DNA of 64,000 nucleotides, from assembly GCA_951406725.2 (NCBI GenBank), contig OX597830.1, positions 9,858,001 to 9,922,000 of the forward strand, given 5' to 3'. This stretch comes from Octopus vulgaris. Taxonomy: Eukaryota. The notes beneath the pieces were generated by a model. The model was given only the letters and a program-made list of their open reading frames with translations, did no database searches and was not told the DNA's origin. The translations under genes and the position numbers were made by a program. How positions within the stretch are numbered: the first letter of the stretch is position 1; each line of letters starts with the position of its first letter. Positions 14,358 through 27,856 of the stretch are shown here, piece by piece.

Positions 14358-14541
14358 AGGGAGAATTCAGAAAAAAACAAAAGATGAAGACAGGTGGTGT
14401 AGACAACAAACAGATGTATTAGTATAAGGCTCGGGAAGTGAGAAAAGTATCTAGCGTTTCGAGTCTACGCTCTTCCATAGAAAGGAACACAGAAACAAGG
14501 AGAGAAGATAAAGAATGTGTAGTGGCTAGCGATCTATCGCG
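14358..14541 (-). mobile_element. HHR-bearing short element, subfamily 2 (decayed core CTATGGA)
   Basis: Homologous to 36609-36755; minus strand cttt CTATGGA a gagc gtag actc GAAAC GCT agat at about 14449-14484. Confidence 0.7.
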
Positions 14542-14716
14542 TATATATGTGTGTGTGAATGTATTTGAATATGCTTGTATACGTGTATGAATGCATATAT
14601 GGACATACACTCACATCTGTATATGCGTGTTTATATATAAGTATTTTATGTGTATGTTTTAGGCACCATGGGATTGGTCGCTTAGTTTGTCATGTAACTT
14701 GTTATACGGTTGGTAG

Positions 14717-14764
<48 letters not shown>

Positions 14765-14847
14765 CAATGATAAATCTCAGAGCGAGTTATAATGGCATAT
14801 GCAATATATATATACATATATACCAATAACTTTGTATATACATATAG

Positions 14848-14893
<46 letters not shown>

Positions 14894-15406
14894 GCATACA
14901 TACATACATACATACATACATACATACATACATACATACATACATACATACATACATACATACATGTATGTGTGTGTGTAATTAAGGGTATGTAAATGGT
15001 GATTGATATTGCAAACCTTCAGAAGTGCAATAGCTGTGAGCCCCATATATATAGTATTTCATATGGAATGGCATGTAACAGAGATTGGCCATCAATCATA
15101 GCTTGTAGCCAAAACTCGATCCTGGATCTAATAACGAAAATAAGTTGAAATACTATGGAGTACTTCTGTTCTAACCGGAATATATAGACCCAGCAATAAA
15201 AGTTAAATTGGATTGACAATTTAATCCTTTAATCCTATTGTTAATAGTTCTTGACACTTTAAATATTTCGCTCATATGGGAAGGAAACGAAAAAACACTG
15301 AAAGCTTGGATGAGCTTTAAGAATTCTTTAATAATTCTTTACGTTGGAATAGCTTTATTGCATGCTAGGAATTATAATATCTGGTGGAATTATTGCCTCC
15401 GTATTA

Positions 15407-15469
<63 letters not shown>

Positions 15470-15511
15470 CATACTTACATACGCGCGCGGACACACACAC
15501 ACACACGCATA

Positions 15512-15850
15512 TCTTTATATATAAAAGTGAAGTTGTGTATATATGTCTCCTACGATTTAGATATAACTACTCCCACATTTTGCGGTAGTTTAACCAAAAG
15601 CGGGTATCGGTCGTGATTCATATTGCCTTTCTGGGTATTAGCGTGCGTCTACGATGAGTCTACGATTTAAAAAAACTTTACCATAATTTTTTCCCATTTT
15701 TAATGCATTTTTTTGCTATTATATGGAAGTAACTCTCTAAAAATGTATTATTAAATCTCAGAACATAAAAAAGCTACATAACACCCACCTTTGTGGTTAG
15801 CCATATTGAGATGGCTATTACATTTTACATCTCTAAAAAGGCTTATATAA
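15512..15850 (+). mobile_element. Helitron-like 5' end fragment
   Basis: Begins TCTTTATATATAAAAGTGAAGTTGTG, resembling animal Helitron 5' termini; no 3' CTAG end seen. Confidence 0.45.
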
Positions 15851-16453
15851 TTACACACCCACCCACACACACACAGATATCTATATATATATATAATTGA
15901 AAAAATTGGAGTCAACGAGGAGTACGGTTGGACATTTGTTGTTTGAATCACTACAACTGTTTCCACACAACATAGTTCTTTCTCCTGGCGAGCAGGTAAT
16001 TAATTATGCAACTGTTTCCCTGCATTATGCGATCTAGTTCTATTTTTCCAGACCATATGTAAATATTTTCTCTGTAAGTTCAAAATCCTCGGCTTCAGGA
16101 ACATCGTCTCTGTTGTGGCCTGAACTCAGCAGTAGTCACTGAATTTATCAGGGTGTGTTATTGCTGAAGGGCCGTTGGCAAAAGACTTTGAACGTGTAGA
16201 TATATCAGGGTGGTGATTCTGCTAACACCCTCCTTATGTTCAAACATACTGAAAAGAGGGAGACCCAATAAATATTTGGTGTCTACTTATTGATAATTTA
16301 AGCGAAATAATAGTGAATTCCTGTAAAATACAGTGAGTTGTTCCAGGTATATAGTTCTTTTGTCGTTTCTGATATCGTTGTTTAACTGCACGTCATATCT
16401 GATCACATTTACTTCCTCCGTCTTGCATTGACACCCACCCACACTCACATGTG

Positions 16454-16496
<43 letters not shown>

Positions 16497-16632
16497 CCAA
16501 ATACAAATACTTATAGTTCTATGTGTGTGTGTGTATGCACACACACGTATAAATGTATTTATATATATGCATATATATGTATATATATATATGTACATAT
16601 ACATATATACATAAATCTGTGTAATGTATGTG

Positions 16633-16663
<31 letters not shown>

Positions 16664-16711
16664 ATGTGTGCTTATATATAAGCATATATATAAATATTAT
16701 ACACCCATATA

Positions 16712-16772
<61 letters not shown>

Positions 16773-16777
<5 letters not shown>

Positions 16778-17128
16778 ATCCAAACATGAAAACACAACAA
16801 CGCGACGACGTGGAACAGGTATAGTGTTATTGGACGCTCAGGAAAGAAGGAAAGCAGGAGAGTTTAACGTTTCGAGTGGAGCTCTTCGTCAGAAACAGAG
16901 GAAAAAGAAAGCGACACAAGTAGAAAAGTGGAAGAAGAAGAAGAAAGGTAAAAAGAGGACGAGGAGAAGTGGAAGAGTCACGGACATTTTTTTTGACTTC
17001 CAATCACGATTACAGTGTCGTACTCCGGATGAATAGTAAAAGTAATCCGTAGGTTAGCCGAGGCAGTCAGAAGGCTGGGGTCCGTGTGAGCGTGCGGTAT
17101 ATAAAGTTCATCCAAACATGAAAACACA
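16773..17128 (-). mobile_element. HHR-bearing short element, subfamily 1, with 24-nt terminal direct repeat (retrozyme/PLE pLTR-like)
   Basis: agttaatccaaacatgaaaacaca (16773-16796) repeated as agttcatccaaacatgaaaacaca (17105-17128); homologous to 40749-40941; flanked by microsatellites. Confidence 0.8.
16862..16896 (-). ncRNA. Minimal type I hammerhead ribozyme
   Basis: Minus strand gttt CTGACGA a gag ctcca ctc GAAAC GTT aaac: stem I gttt/aaac, stem II gag/ctc, loopless palindromic stem III AACGTT. Confidence 0.8.
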
Positions 17129-17180
17129 TACATACATACATACATACATACATACATACATACATACATACACCCATATA

Positions 17181-17211
<31 letters not shown>

Positions 17212-17214
<3 letters not shown>

Positions 17215-17462
17215 CGCAGGAGTGGCTGTGTGGTAAGTAGCTCGTAACCAACCACATGGTTGCGGGTTCAGTCCCACTGCGTGGCATCTGAGCAGTATGG
17301 CTAGCATAGCCCGGGCCGACCAATGCCTTGGTGGATTTGGTAGACGGAAACTGAAAGAAGCCTGTCGTATATATGTATATATATGTATGTGTGTGTGTGT
17401 TTGTGTCTGTGTTTGTTCCCCTAGCATTGCTTGACAACCGATGCTGGTGTGTTTGCGTCCCC
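17212..17462 (+). mobile_element. SINE family B, 3'-truncated
   Basis: ggcgcaggagtggctgtgtggtaagtagc head; breaks off at gcgtcccc. Confidence 0.85.
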
Positions 17463-17941
17463 GAATGCATTGCATCGTAAAACAGAAACAGCTGTAAGGT
17501 AACGAGGTCTAATACATAATTTCTTGTCCCCTTGTCATATATATATATATATACGTATATGTATATGTATATATGCGTAGGTATTTGTGCGTGAGTATGT
17601 GTGTGCGTGCATGTGTGTAGGGTAACATTTAGTAAAGTACTCTATAATTTTAAAGAGATCGTTTTATTGCATTTAGTTTGAAAGTGTTTCACAACAAACA
17701 AATCATTATGCCAATCACAATGAACAATCTAGTTCTCCCTTTCCCTGGCTGGTTGTTTACTTATGTTACTGGTTCTGTTTGATCGTCTCCTGCCATATAG
17801 ACCAAAAGTGGTTACCTGCGTTGATACAAACACTATGAACAGAAAAGTAGTTTAGTTTGCTAAAGATTGAATATAAATGTACATTTTACCGTTATACATC
17901 CAACTATCCATATATAAATTTCATACATACATACATACATA

Positions 17942-18000
<59 letters not shown>

Positions 18001-18007
18001 GTATATA

Positions 18008-18068
<61 letters not shown>

Positions 18069-18585
18069 AGATAGATAGATAGATAGATAGATTGATAGGT
18101 AGATAGATTGATATAGATATGTATATATGCATAGACATATGCATATGTGTGTGTGCATGTATGTATTATCGTTATAATAAAGCATTTTTATCATTTAATA
18201 AATCACTAATTGCACCATATCGTTTTCTCTGTGCGTCTCTATCTATGGGTATCTACACACACACACACACACACACGCACACACACACACACATATATAT
18301 ATATATTTAGTTAAACATAATGAGGCATAGATATAGATATATAGATAGACTTATAGATTGATTGAGCGATAGATATCGATAAATAGTTAGACACGCACAG
18401 AGAAAATGATTTGGTGCAATTAGTGATTTATTAAATGAGAAAAATGCTTTATTATAACGATAAAACACACATACACATACATATACATATGTATATGCAT
18501 ATATATATATATATTTACACAAGAATAGTCTCAATCTGACAGGCATGCAGATTGCCGGATATATACATACACACACACACACACA

Positions 18586-18671
<86 letters not shown>

Positions 18672-19119
18672 GATAGGGAGAGGGAGAGACAGACAGACGG
18701 AAACAAAGAGGGAAAGTGTGAGAGATAGAGAGATAGAAATCGTCGATTCTGTTAGTTTTTTAATGATAAATACGACCATGTATAACTGTTTACAGTTTAT
18801 CGCAAGCAGATAACTATTTAACAGACAATTTTTCGCCAGTGGATTTTCCAAAGATGCACACTACTTTAATAAATAAAACAAACGAACCTAGCAAAACTAG
18901 TGTTCGTCACTGTTATCGTTGTTCAACTCCATGTCATTTTCCAAACAAAAGATCGAAGATCAAAAGCGTCCCATTTTTCGTCTCATATTTCGGTTTGCAG
19001 ACGTGTATTCCAGAATCCATTATTTGGCATGTCATTTTTCAAGTACGTTATCCTGTGACTTGAAGATGAATTTGTTGTTATTTCTAGGAGACCGAACGAC
19101 TTTGTAAAGACCCCTTAAC

Positions 19120-19380
19120 ATATGCCCTCGGGCATATAGCGTAGTGGTTAAGAGCGCAGGCTATTAACCACAAGATTCCGAGTTCGATTCCAAGCAGTGA
19201 CCTGAACACTAACAATAATAATAATAATAAGAAGAAGAAGAAGAAGAAGATCTAAAAATACCCTGTGAATGAGAACCCAGATTCGAAATTTCCCCAAGAA
19301 GGCTGGAGGGTATATGAGCCGAAACGTTGTGTTAACAACAAACAAGATGAGGACAAATATTCGTCGAATGTAAATAATGT
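19120..19380 (+). mobile_element. tRNA-headed SINE with HHR-like 3' module and 12-bp TSD
   Basis: A box tagcgtagtgg, B box gagttcgattcc; TSD agaccccttaac at 19108-19119 and 19381-19392; gaa ggct...agcc GAAAC GTT gtgt at 19298-19332. Confidence 0.75.
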
Positions 19381-20487
19381 AGACCCCTTAACTGTTTCGT
19401 AATATGCGGATGGAAAAATTAATTAAAATGCCGTGGGTAAGCAAATGATAATCATGTTGAAACGTTTTGTGTCTCAAGTTTGTCATCTCCCATTGAATGC
19501 TGTTATACAGAAATTAATTAGAGGCACTCAAAGCAGCGTTGAATAGAATATAGTTCTGTACGGTCATATTTAACATCTTCGCAGAATGGTGAGCTGGCAG
19601 GATTGTTAGCACGCCGGGAAAAATGCTTAGCGTCATTTCCTGTCTTGACGTACAGAGTTCGAATTCCACCGAGGTCGACTTTGCTTTTTATTTTTTCGAA
19701 GTCGATAAAATAAATACTTGTCAAGCACTGGAGTCGATGTTATTGACAAACCACCTCCCAACAAATTTCAGGCCTTGCGCCTATTGCAGGAAGGATATTT
19801 AACTTGTTCCCATGCATTCGGACATGGAAAAGCAATATGCAGCTTTTTGTTCTCTCCCCAGAGATAATTCTCCTAATAGAAAAATAAAATTGTACACTTA
19901 TTGTCTATTAGAGGAATTCGTATTATCGCGAGAGAGAAAATTCTCATAAAAGGCAATATAAGTTTACACCTATTGAGTATAAGCGAAATTTCTCCTCTCA
20001 AGACAATTTGAGCAATGCATTGTGTCTCCGTGTCCAAATGCACACGAGCAAGTTAAATACGACTGCAGCTAACTCTTTAGACATATTTGAATTTAAAAAC
20101 TATACTGTTTATTCACCAGATTACAATGTCAGACAGATTAATTCCATTAGTGTTTCAATTAAAATATTAAATATATCAACTATATATCTTACAGAAAGTG
20201 TGTGCGCGTGTGAGAAAGAGAGAGAGAGAAGTGTTAGAGGAGAGGTAAGAGAGAGGTGTATATAGACAGGCAGCCAGAGACAGAAAAAGACACGTGTGTT
20301 TTTACTGTAGCTCTGCAAGTCAACATTACAAACCGCGGGGATTCATTTCATTTCTGAATAATTTGCAAGTAATTTCTCTGTTTGAAAACATGGAAGCCGA
20401 ACGTTGTTTGAAAGTACGCAATATTTTAATTACAAAATATTTTAATGAAACGCAAACTAATATTGTTTCTGCACACACATACATACA

Positions 20488-20518
<31 letters not shown>

Positions 20519-20856
20519 TAGTGAGTGTAGAGTGTCGAACTTGCACAAACTTCAAAAAGAAATAAACCACAAACAACTGTTCTGTTTTTTTATTCCGCCA
20601 TATTAAAAAACAGTATTTTAAGTAGTATTTTAAGTTGATTTTGAACAACAATCGGTGAGTGGTTTGTGTTTGTTCTAATGATCTTCAAAGTAAACTACCC
20701 ACGTCTATTTTGCAGCAAAAAGAGAAAAAAAAAATCCAAACGTCCCCGCAAAAATTAATGGAAACGAAAAGAAATGGACTGGAAAAAGTCATTTCACGAA
20801 TAATTCTTATAAATTTCCTCATCATAACAGAGAAATCTTTACTCCATTTTAAACAT

Positions 20857-21770
20857 TTATTTCTCTAGTGCCCATAGGGTGCCAAACATAGAGGGGACAC
20901 ACAAGGAAAGACAAAGAGATTAAGTCGATTACATCGACCCCAGTGCGTAACTGGTACTTGTTTAATCGACACCGAAATGATGAAAGGCAAAGTTGACCTC
21001 GGCGGAATTCGAACTCAGAACGGAACGGCAGACGAAATATCGCTAAACATTTCGCCTGGCATACTAACGATTCTGCCAGCTCACCGCCTTGACCATAAAG
21101 ACAAACGAGATACCACTAAGCATTTCGCCCAGTTTTTATATTTATTTACAGCTCACAAGGGGCTACACCCAGAGGAGAAAAACAAGTACAGACAAACGGG
21201 TTAACTCGATTATATCGAAGCCAGTGCGTAACTGGTACCTATTTAATCGACCCCGAAAGGATGAAAGGCAAAGTCAACCTCGGCGGAATTTTAACTCAGA
21301 ACGTAGCGGCAAACGAAATACCTATTTCTTTAATACCCACAAGGGGCAAAACACAGAGAGGTAGTAACCCACAAGGGGCTAAACACAGAGGGGACAAACA
21401 AGGACAGACAAATGGATTAAGTCGATTACATCGACCCCAGTGCGTAACTGGTACTTAATTTATCGACCCCGAAAGGATGAAAGGCAAAGTCGACCTCGGC
21501 GGAATTTGAACTCAGAACGTAGCGGCAGACGAAATACCTATTTCTTTACTACCCACAAGGGGCTAAACACAGAGGGGACAAACAAAGACAGACAAACGGA
21601 TTAAGTCGATTACGTCGACCCCAGTGCGTAACTGGTACTTAATTTATTGTCCCCGAAAGGATGAAAGGCAAAGTCGACCTCGGTGGAATTTGAACTCACA
21701 ACATAAGGACAGACGAAATACCGCTAAGCATTTCGCTCGGCGTGCTAACGGTTCTGGCAGCTCGCCGCTT
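20857..21770 (-). mobile_element. Tandem array of SINE family A units
   Basis: Repeated gattaagtcgattacatcgaccccagtgcgtaactggtac...gatgaaaggcaaagtcgacctcggcggaatttgaactcagaacg units. Confidence 0.9.
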
Positions 21771-22480
21771 TCATCCATCTTAAACATTGCTAATCCGGCG
21801 AGATGGCATAATCGTTAGCGCGTCGGACGAAAAGTTCAGTGGAATTTCTTCTGATTCATTACATTGTGGTTTCAAGTGCGGCAGGGTCAACTTTGCTTTT
21901 CATTCTTTCGGCTTGAACGAAATAAGTATCATTCTAGCACTGAGGTCGATGTAATTGATACCCCTTCCGGACCAAATTTCAGTCCTTGAGCATGTAGGTG
22001 AAAGGTTATCATACAGAACCAATGCAGCGTTAGCGTTTCGGACAAAACGTTTTCGGCTCTTTACGTTCTGAGTTCAAATGCCGACGGGGTTATCTCTGCA
22101 TTTCATCCATCTGAGATCAGTAAAATAAAGTACTTGTCAAGTACTGGGCTTGATGTAATCAATTAACCCCATCCTACTCACTACAATTGCTGGCCTTGTG
22201 TCAAAATTTGAAAGTGTATGCAAACATGACCGGAGTGAGAATAAGATTGATAATTTGGTAACTGACTGATTGGGACATCTCAGAGCCGACATGGGGTACT
22301 AACCGGGTGGGGTGCACATAGGTTTTATGTTTCAGTAACACTTCTATCAAATCTCTCACACGGTTCAATAATCAATGAACGAATCATATTGAGAATAAAG
22401 TAAAAAAAAAACTTGAAAAAAAAACCTTTCAACTCCTTAAAGTAGAACATGTGGCGAAAAGAACCTTCTGCAGAAGTACA

Positions 22481-22531
<51 letters not shown>

Positions 22532-22713
22532 TTGACAGCAGCAGCAGAAGCAAAGCCAAGCCTGTATTTAGCAGTGACCTCAGTGACTTCCCGACTGTAC
22601 CCATTGACCCCATCCATCTTCCTTACGGCTGCGTCACTTTTTCTCGTCGCTCGAATCAACACATCCATCACTATGACAAACGAATCAATGCACTCACCAG
22701 CATCATCAGCATT

Positions 22714-22753
<40 letters not shown>

Positions 22754-23409
22754 GCATTTTTCTCTGTCTCTGTCTCTCTCCCACCATCTCAATCCCGCAA
22801 TATGTTCTCTAATATCCCAACTCAAGTAAAACCTACTTAGTGCATAAAGGGTGACATCGTTTCCAATCCTAAAGCAACCCATTTCTAAGACAACGCTGGG
22901 GTCTAGCTTTTTTTTTTTTTTGTTGCATTCGCAAAATACGCATTTTTTGAAAGGAAGTAAAAAATCTGAAAATCAGCTATAATAATGTAGACTTCCAGTC
23001 TCATTGCTATGAAGGTAGGATGTTGTGGAGGAAAAGAAATTGGAGGAAAAAGTTACAGAGAATTAAAGATCAGAAAATCTCTCTATTTTTAGCCAATAGC
23101 GAGACAGAAATTTTCTGCGGATCGGTGTCAACTTTAAGGTTGTACCCTGTGAAAATTATAGTTTAACATCTCGAACCAATACCTAAACATTCACAAGTTA
23201 TAACTTTACTACTTAACCTCAACCACAACAAAATTAACCTTGGCACTCATTATTGTAATAGTACAACCTCCTTTGACCTTGCATGGGTCAGTACAACCAC
23301 CCCTTTGTCCCAAGAGTGTTGACCCCCTAGAATGTAAGCTCTGCTCGTGTTTGTCCTGATAGTTGTTGACTAAAAAACGTTCAATAAGAAATTCTTTTAC
23401 AGCAATATA

Positions 23410-23790
23410 TATTTCTTTATTGCCCACAGGGGGCTAAATATAGAGGGGACAAACAAGGACAGACAAAGGGATTAAGTCGATTATATCAACCCCAATGCGT
23501 AACTGGTACTTATTTAATCGACCCCGAAAGGATGAAAGGCAAAGTCAACCTTGGTGGAATTTGAACTCAGAACATAACGGCAGACGAAATACCTATTTCT
23601 TTACTACCCACAAGGGGCTAAACACAGAAGGGACAAACAAGGACAGACATTAACTGGCACTTAATTTATCAATACCGAAAGGATGAAAGCCAAAGTCAAC
23701 CTCGGCGGAATTTGAACTCAGAACGTAACGGCAGACGAAATAACGTTAAGCGTTTCGCCCGCCGTGCTAATGATTCTGCCAGCCGCCTTT
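23410..23790 (-). mobile_element. SINE family A, two units
   Basis: Same repeated core as 20857-21770. Confidence 0.85.
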
Positions 23791-24559
23791 CTTATATCAT
23801 TATTATAAGTCAAGGGTTTGCAAAGTCGTCAGTATTTACAATCAGGGGATTTTGTGGCTATCCAAGCGATCGGCAAATACCCGAAACGATTTGTAACATT
23901 AAGGGTGTTGAATTATTAGCAAACTGTTATTTTGAGCATGAATGACGTTTGATTGAAAAAGTTTTATCTAAAATACAATACTGGAATTCAAAATACCTTT
24001 GCAGGTATCACATCGTTGGCGTACACTTAGAAAACAGGTAGAACCAACTGAGTCATTGGTAAACCAATTAAGGACGAATTCACACTTTTTTGACGATATT
24101 GTAATATTAACACCCAATAATGGTATTTATTGCTTATTTACTGTAAAGCATTTTCAGTTGACTCGCAGTTTGGCATTTACTATAATTGACACTAACTTCC
24201 AAAGGAATATCGATGCAATATTAATATTCACCAATTATTATTTCACATTAAATATTCTGACAATATCAATATAACAGGATGGAACTAGTATTGTTCTTTA
24301 TTAATTTTATTAAGCATGTTCATTAAATATCGTTTACTATTTCATAATGAAAAGTGGTAATGACACAAAAGAACGAAGAATTATTGCTTTTAAATCAACA
24401 ATTTTGTTTATTAATTACACTTTTTAATTTTACTTTAGTAATCTACATAATCGGGTTTGTTAAATTATCAAACTTGTTAAGGAGTCAATGATATAGCAAG
24501 TTTGATGACCCCTAGACTAGACGGATCTGCAAAGGTTGTGAACACTGCCACATTCTCTG

Positions 24560-25820
24560 TACACAGTGAGTAAAAACCTTGTCCAAGTGAAACAGTAACA
24601 ACCTCAATGTTGTACTACCGTTGGTCCAGTTTCTTCACACAGTCCGATAAAGAAGAAGACATTCAGCAACAATCGTGGTCATATGTGCTAGTGATGTCAC
24701 AAGTGTGAACATTTATTTCAGTTATCAACCGTTCATTAAGAGGATTCTTTTCGCTGTGTTAAATCTGGCAAAGGAAAATTAAATAAAAAGCATTCTAGCT
24801 TTAACTTCTGCTGTGTTATCAGTAGATAAATTATTCCACACTTCCAACCATTGCTGCCACTAAACAAAAAGCAAAATGCAAGGCCTTGGAAGTGCACAAA
24901 CAAAGGGCCACCTTAGGTTTGACAGTTCCGCAAGATGACCAAAACAAACCTACTCGTGAGTGCAACAAATTAAATATTCCATATAATGGGCATTGAATTA
25001 TTGGATTGTCACACACCATACATATTAATCATCCTTATCTGATTCCCCTTCACAGTTCCCAATTGAAAAACTTTGAGGAAAGTTAGCAAATACCCTACAA
25101 TTCATTGTGTTTCTTTAAGGCAAAGAAAAGGGGGCTGGGGCTGCTATTTTCCTCCGTGATTGTTTTATTGCAAATGTAAAGACCTTATTTTGCAATGGAT
25201 CGGTGACTTGATGCTTGTATAATGTTATTGATAATGGCTTGACTTGACTTTAATTAGACTCTGCAGTTTAACTGAAGCCTCCCAACTGTGACTCCAAGAA
25301 GACACAAAAGATGACTTATTCAGCGATGCGACTCTGGAAACGTTAATGATGAGCGACATCGAATTTCCTTGTGTAGGCTGGTCATCTACAAATACTTTGG
25401 AACTTGCATTGCAACCATAAACAAAGCATCAGTTGGAACACTTTTAAGTTTTATAACTATTTTTCACATCTCATCCTGCAGTAGAACCGAGAAAAAAACC
25501 GGATATGTTTTGAACTTGGTGTCTAGCAACCACCTTGGCCTTATCTGTGTGTCAGTTTGAAGACAATTCTCTTAAATTATAGCACTGTGCTAAGACAGCG
25601 ATATTCTGTAGCCTCAATTTTTAGCATGCGAAAGTTAAACCAAATACATTTATTCCAGTTCACCCGTATGACATTATGGATCTGCACAAACCAAATCAGG
25701 GTGTAATTAAACATGACCTATCACTTGCCGACGGGTTTTTCACACCTACGTCTTCTGATATCAAAGCATATTTGGCAGATATATGAGGATGCAGTTACCA
25801 ACATATGCCAAACCACACCC
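24560..25820 (-). pseudogene. Possible highly decayed LINE ORF2 remnant
   Basis: Broken-frame matches resembling KKGN..NYRGICLLS (about 25080-25125) and EQxGF..SC (HSRVGLFWSSCGT); many stops and frameshifts. Confidence 0.3.
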
Positions 25821-26671
25821 CATCACGACTCGTGAACAAAAATAGATGCAGGCTCCCAAGAGAGAGAAAAACCCTCATTAGGAAAATAAAAACAGTAAAC
25901 AAGAAAATCAGTCAGCCGAAATACTGTCACTAACACCAGCAGCACCAACAGCAGCGATAGCAGTGCCGTTTGACAGCAATAACAACGCTCGTGTAAGAAA
26001 AATATCATCTGTAGAACAGCATGAGGGCTATCATTAGCAATAAAAAGGCCGATGATGAAGACTAGGCCGTTAACAAAATTAGGTAAATGATCTACTTATT
26101 TGACCAAAAGCACAGGCCCACTGTCTCAGTTATCGGTCCGCAAATATCACCAAACACATTGTTTATTCTGTTTCCATTCTGGCTTAGCTAATTGGTTTGC
26201 TTGTATATTTTCCATTCCGTTTGATTAGATGTAGATACAGTCATCATCAGAGCAAAAACAAAGAAAAGCAATGTCAGTAATGCTACTTACTAGTCCTTAT
26301 CAGATGACTGGTTGGTCATACTTTCCTTTCAGCCGTAGCAGGAAACCATCCAGTAACTACATTTGGTCCAAACATGATTGTTATTTAGAAATATTGTATT
26401 CTAATTATACCCATTCTATTACTGCATACGGAGTGCGGCGCTTTTCTGGGTTATAAAAGCACAATGCAAAATGCAGATTGTATATGCACACATGCATAAA
26501 GGATGTGGTATGTGTGTGCATGTGTGTATTATGTAAGATTAAAGTTAGAGGTATTAAAACCAACTAAGGGATAGATGTATCCAGAAGCTCTGCTGGTAAT
26601 TACCTCGGTATGTATGGTTCTTGTTATAAGGTATACGCTAGTAGTTAATTTAAAGGTAAACCGTGGTTTAA

Positions 26672-27128
26672 TGTATATAAAGACGATAAGAAAATGGAGC
26701 AATAAATAGCAATGAGAAGCGGATCTTTGGTGTTATAAAGCCATTATTTTATAAATTAAGTAAGACGAGAGTATGATAGAGGGAGCTTACAGCTGTTTCC
26801 GTGTATCTGATTTATTGAACTTTGAACCTAACTAAAATGTAAGACTATCGAATTATTGAACATTTTCTTTTCCCTGTTTTTTTCCCTTAGACTTTCTTTC
26901 TCTTTATTCTCTTTTTTTTTTATCTTGTGCCTTTTTCGTTCTGATGTTGTCTATCAGTTGCAACGAGGTAAATACATATTCACCGCAGCCTGATCTACGG
27001 AAACAGCTGTAAGCTTACTCTTGAATACTCTCATCTTAACTAATTAATTAAATAATGGCATTATAACACCAACGATCCTCTTCTCATTGTTATTTATTTT
27101 CTCCATTTTCTTATCGTCTTTATACACA
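26672..27128. mobile_element. Fold-back element with degenerate HHR (26938-27014, +)
   Basis: Inverted arms about 26672-26810 / 26990-27128; gtt CTGATGT tgtctatcagttgc...gcagcctgatctacg GAAAC AGCT GTA agc. Confidence 0.75.
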
Positions 27129-27130
27129 CA

Positions 27131-27180
<50 letters not shown>

Positions 27181-27737
27181 CACACACACACGCACATATA
27201 TATATATATATACACATACATATATATGATGGGCTTCTTTCAGTTTCCGTCTACCAAATCCACTCACGAGGCTTTGGCCGGCCCGAGGCTATAGTAGAAG
27301 CCACTTGCCCAAGGTGCCACTCAGTGGGTCTGAACCCGGAACCATGTGGTTGATAAGCAAGCTACTTACCACATAGCCACTCCTGCGCCTATATATTATA
27401 TATGTATCTATACACATGTATACATATATCTATATGTGTGTGTGTATGTGTGTGTGTGTGTGTTTGTGTATTTATATTTAGATTAATCAAGAATAACCGT
27501 TTATAGAAGTAGTTTAAAGCCGAATGTTATGCACTGGGGATGAGATATTGATAGACTTGGTTGTATCTTTGGTATCAAACGGTCAATTACAGAAATGGAA
27601 GGAATCAAAGCCTTTCTATTTACTAATACTAACAGTTCTGAGACAAACATCTCTTTAATAAAATAACTATTGAAGTTAGCTTGTATATATTATGCATATG
27701 TGTATGTGTGTGTGTATACCTATATGTATATATATAA

Positions 27738-27774
<37 letters not shown>

Positions 27775-27816
27775 TGTGGATATATGAATATATATATATA
27801 TATAGGTGTGGATATA

Positions 27817-27856
<40 letters not shown>

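Noticed and set aside
19131-19202. Functional tRNA gene
   Set aside because: Acceptor stem does not pair well and it lies inside a TSD-bounded insertion, so it is a SINE head
20857-21770. CRISPR-like repeat array
   Set aside because: Units are long SINE-derived repeats without unique spacers; eukaryotic context, no cas genes
22451-22840. 129-aa ORF with poly-Ala and poly-Thr
   Set aside because: Built from (GCA)n and (CTA)n repeats; no splice or domain evidence
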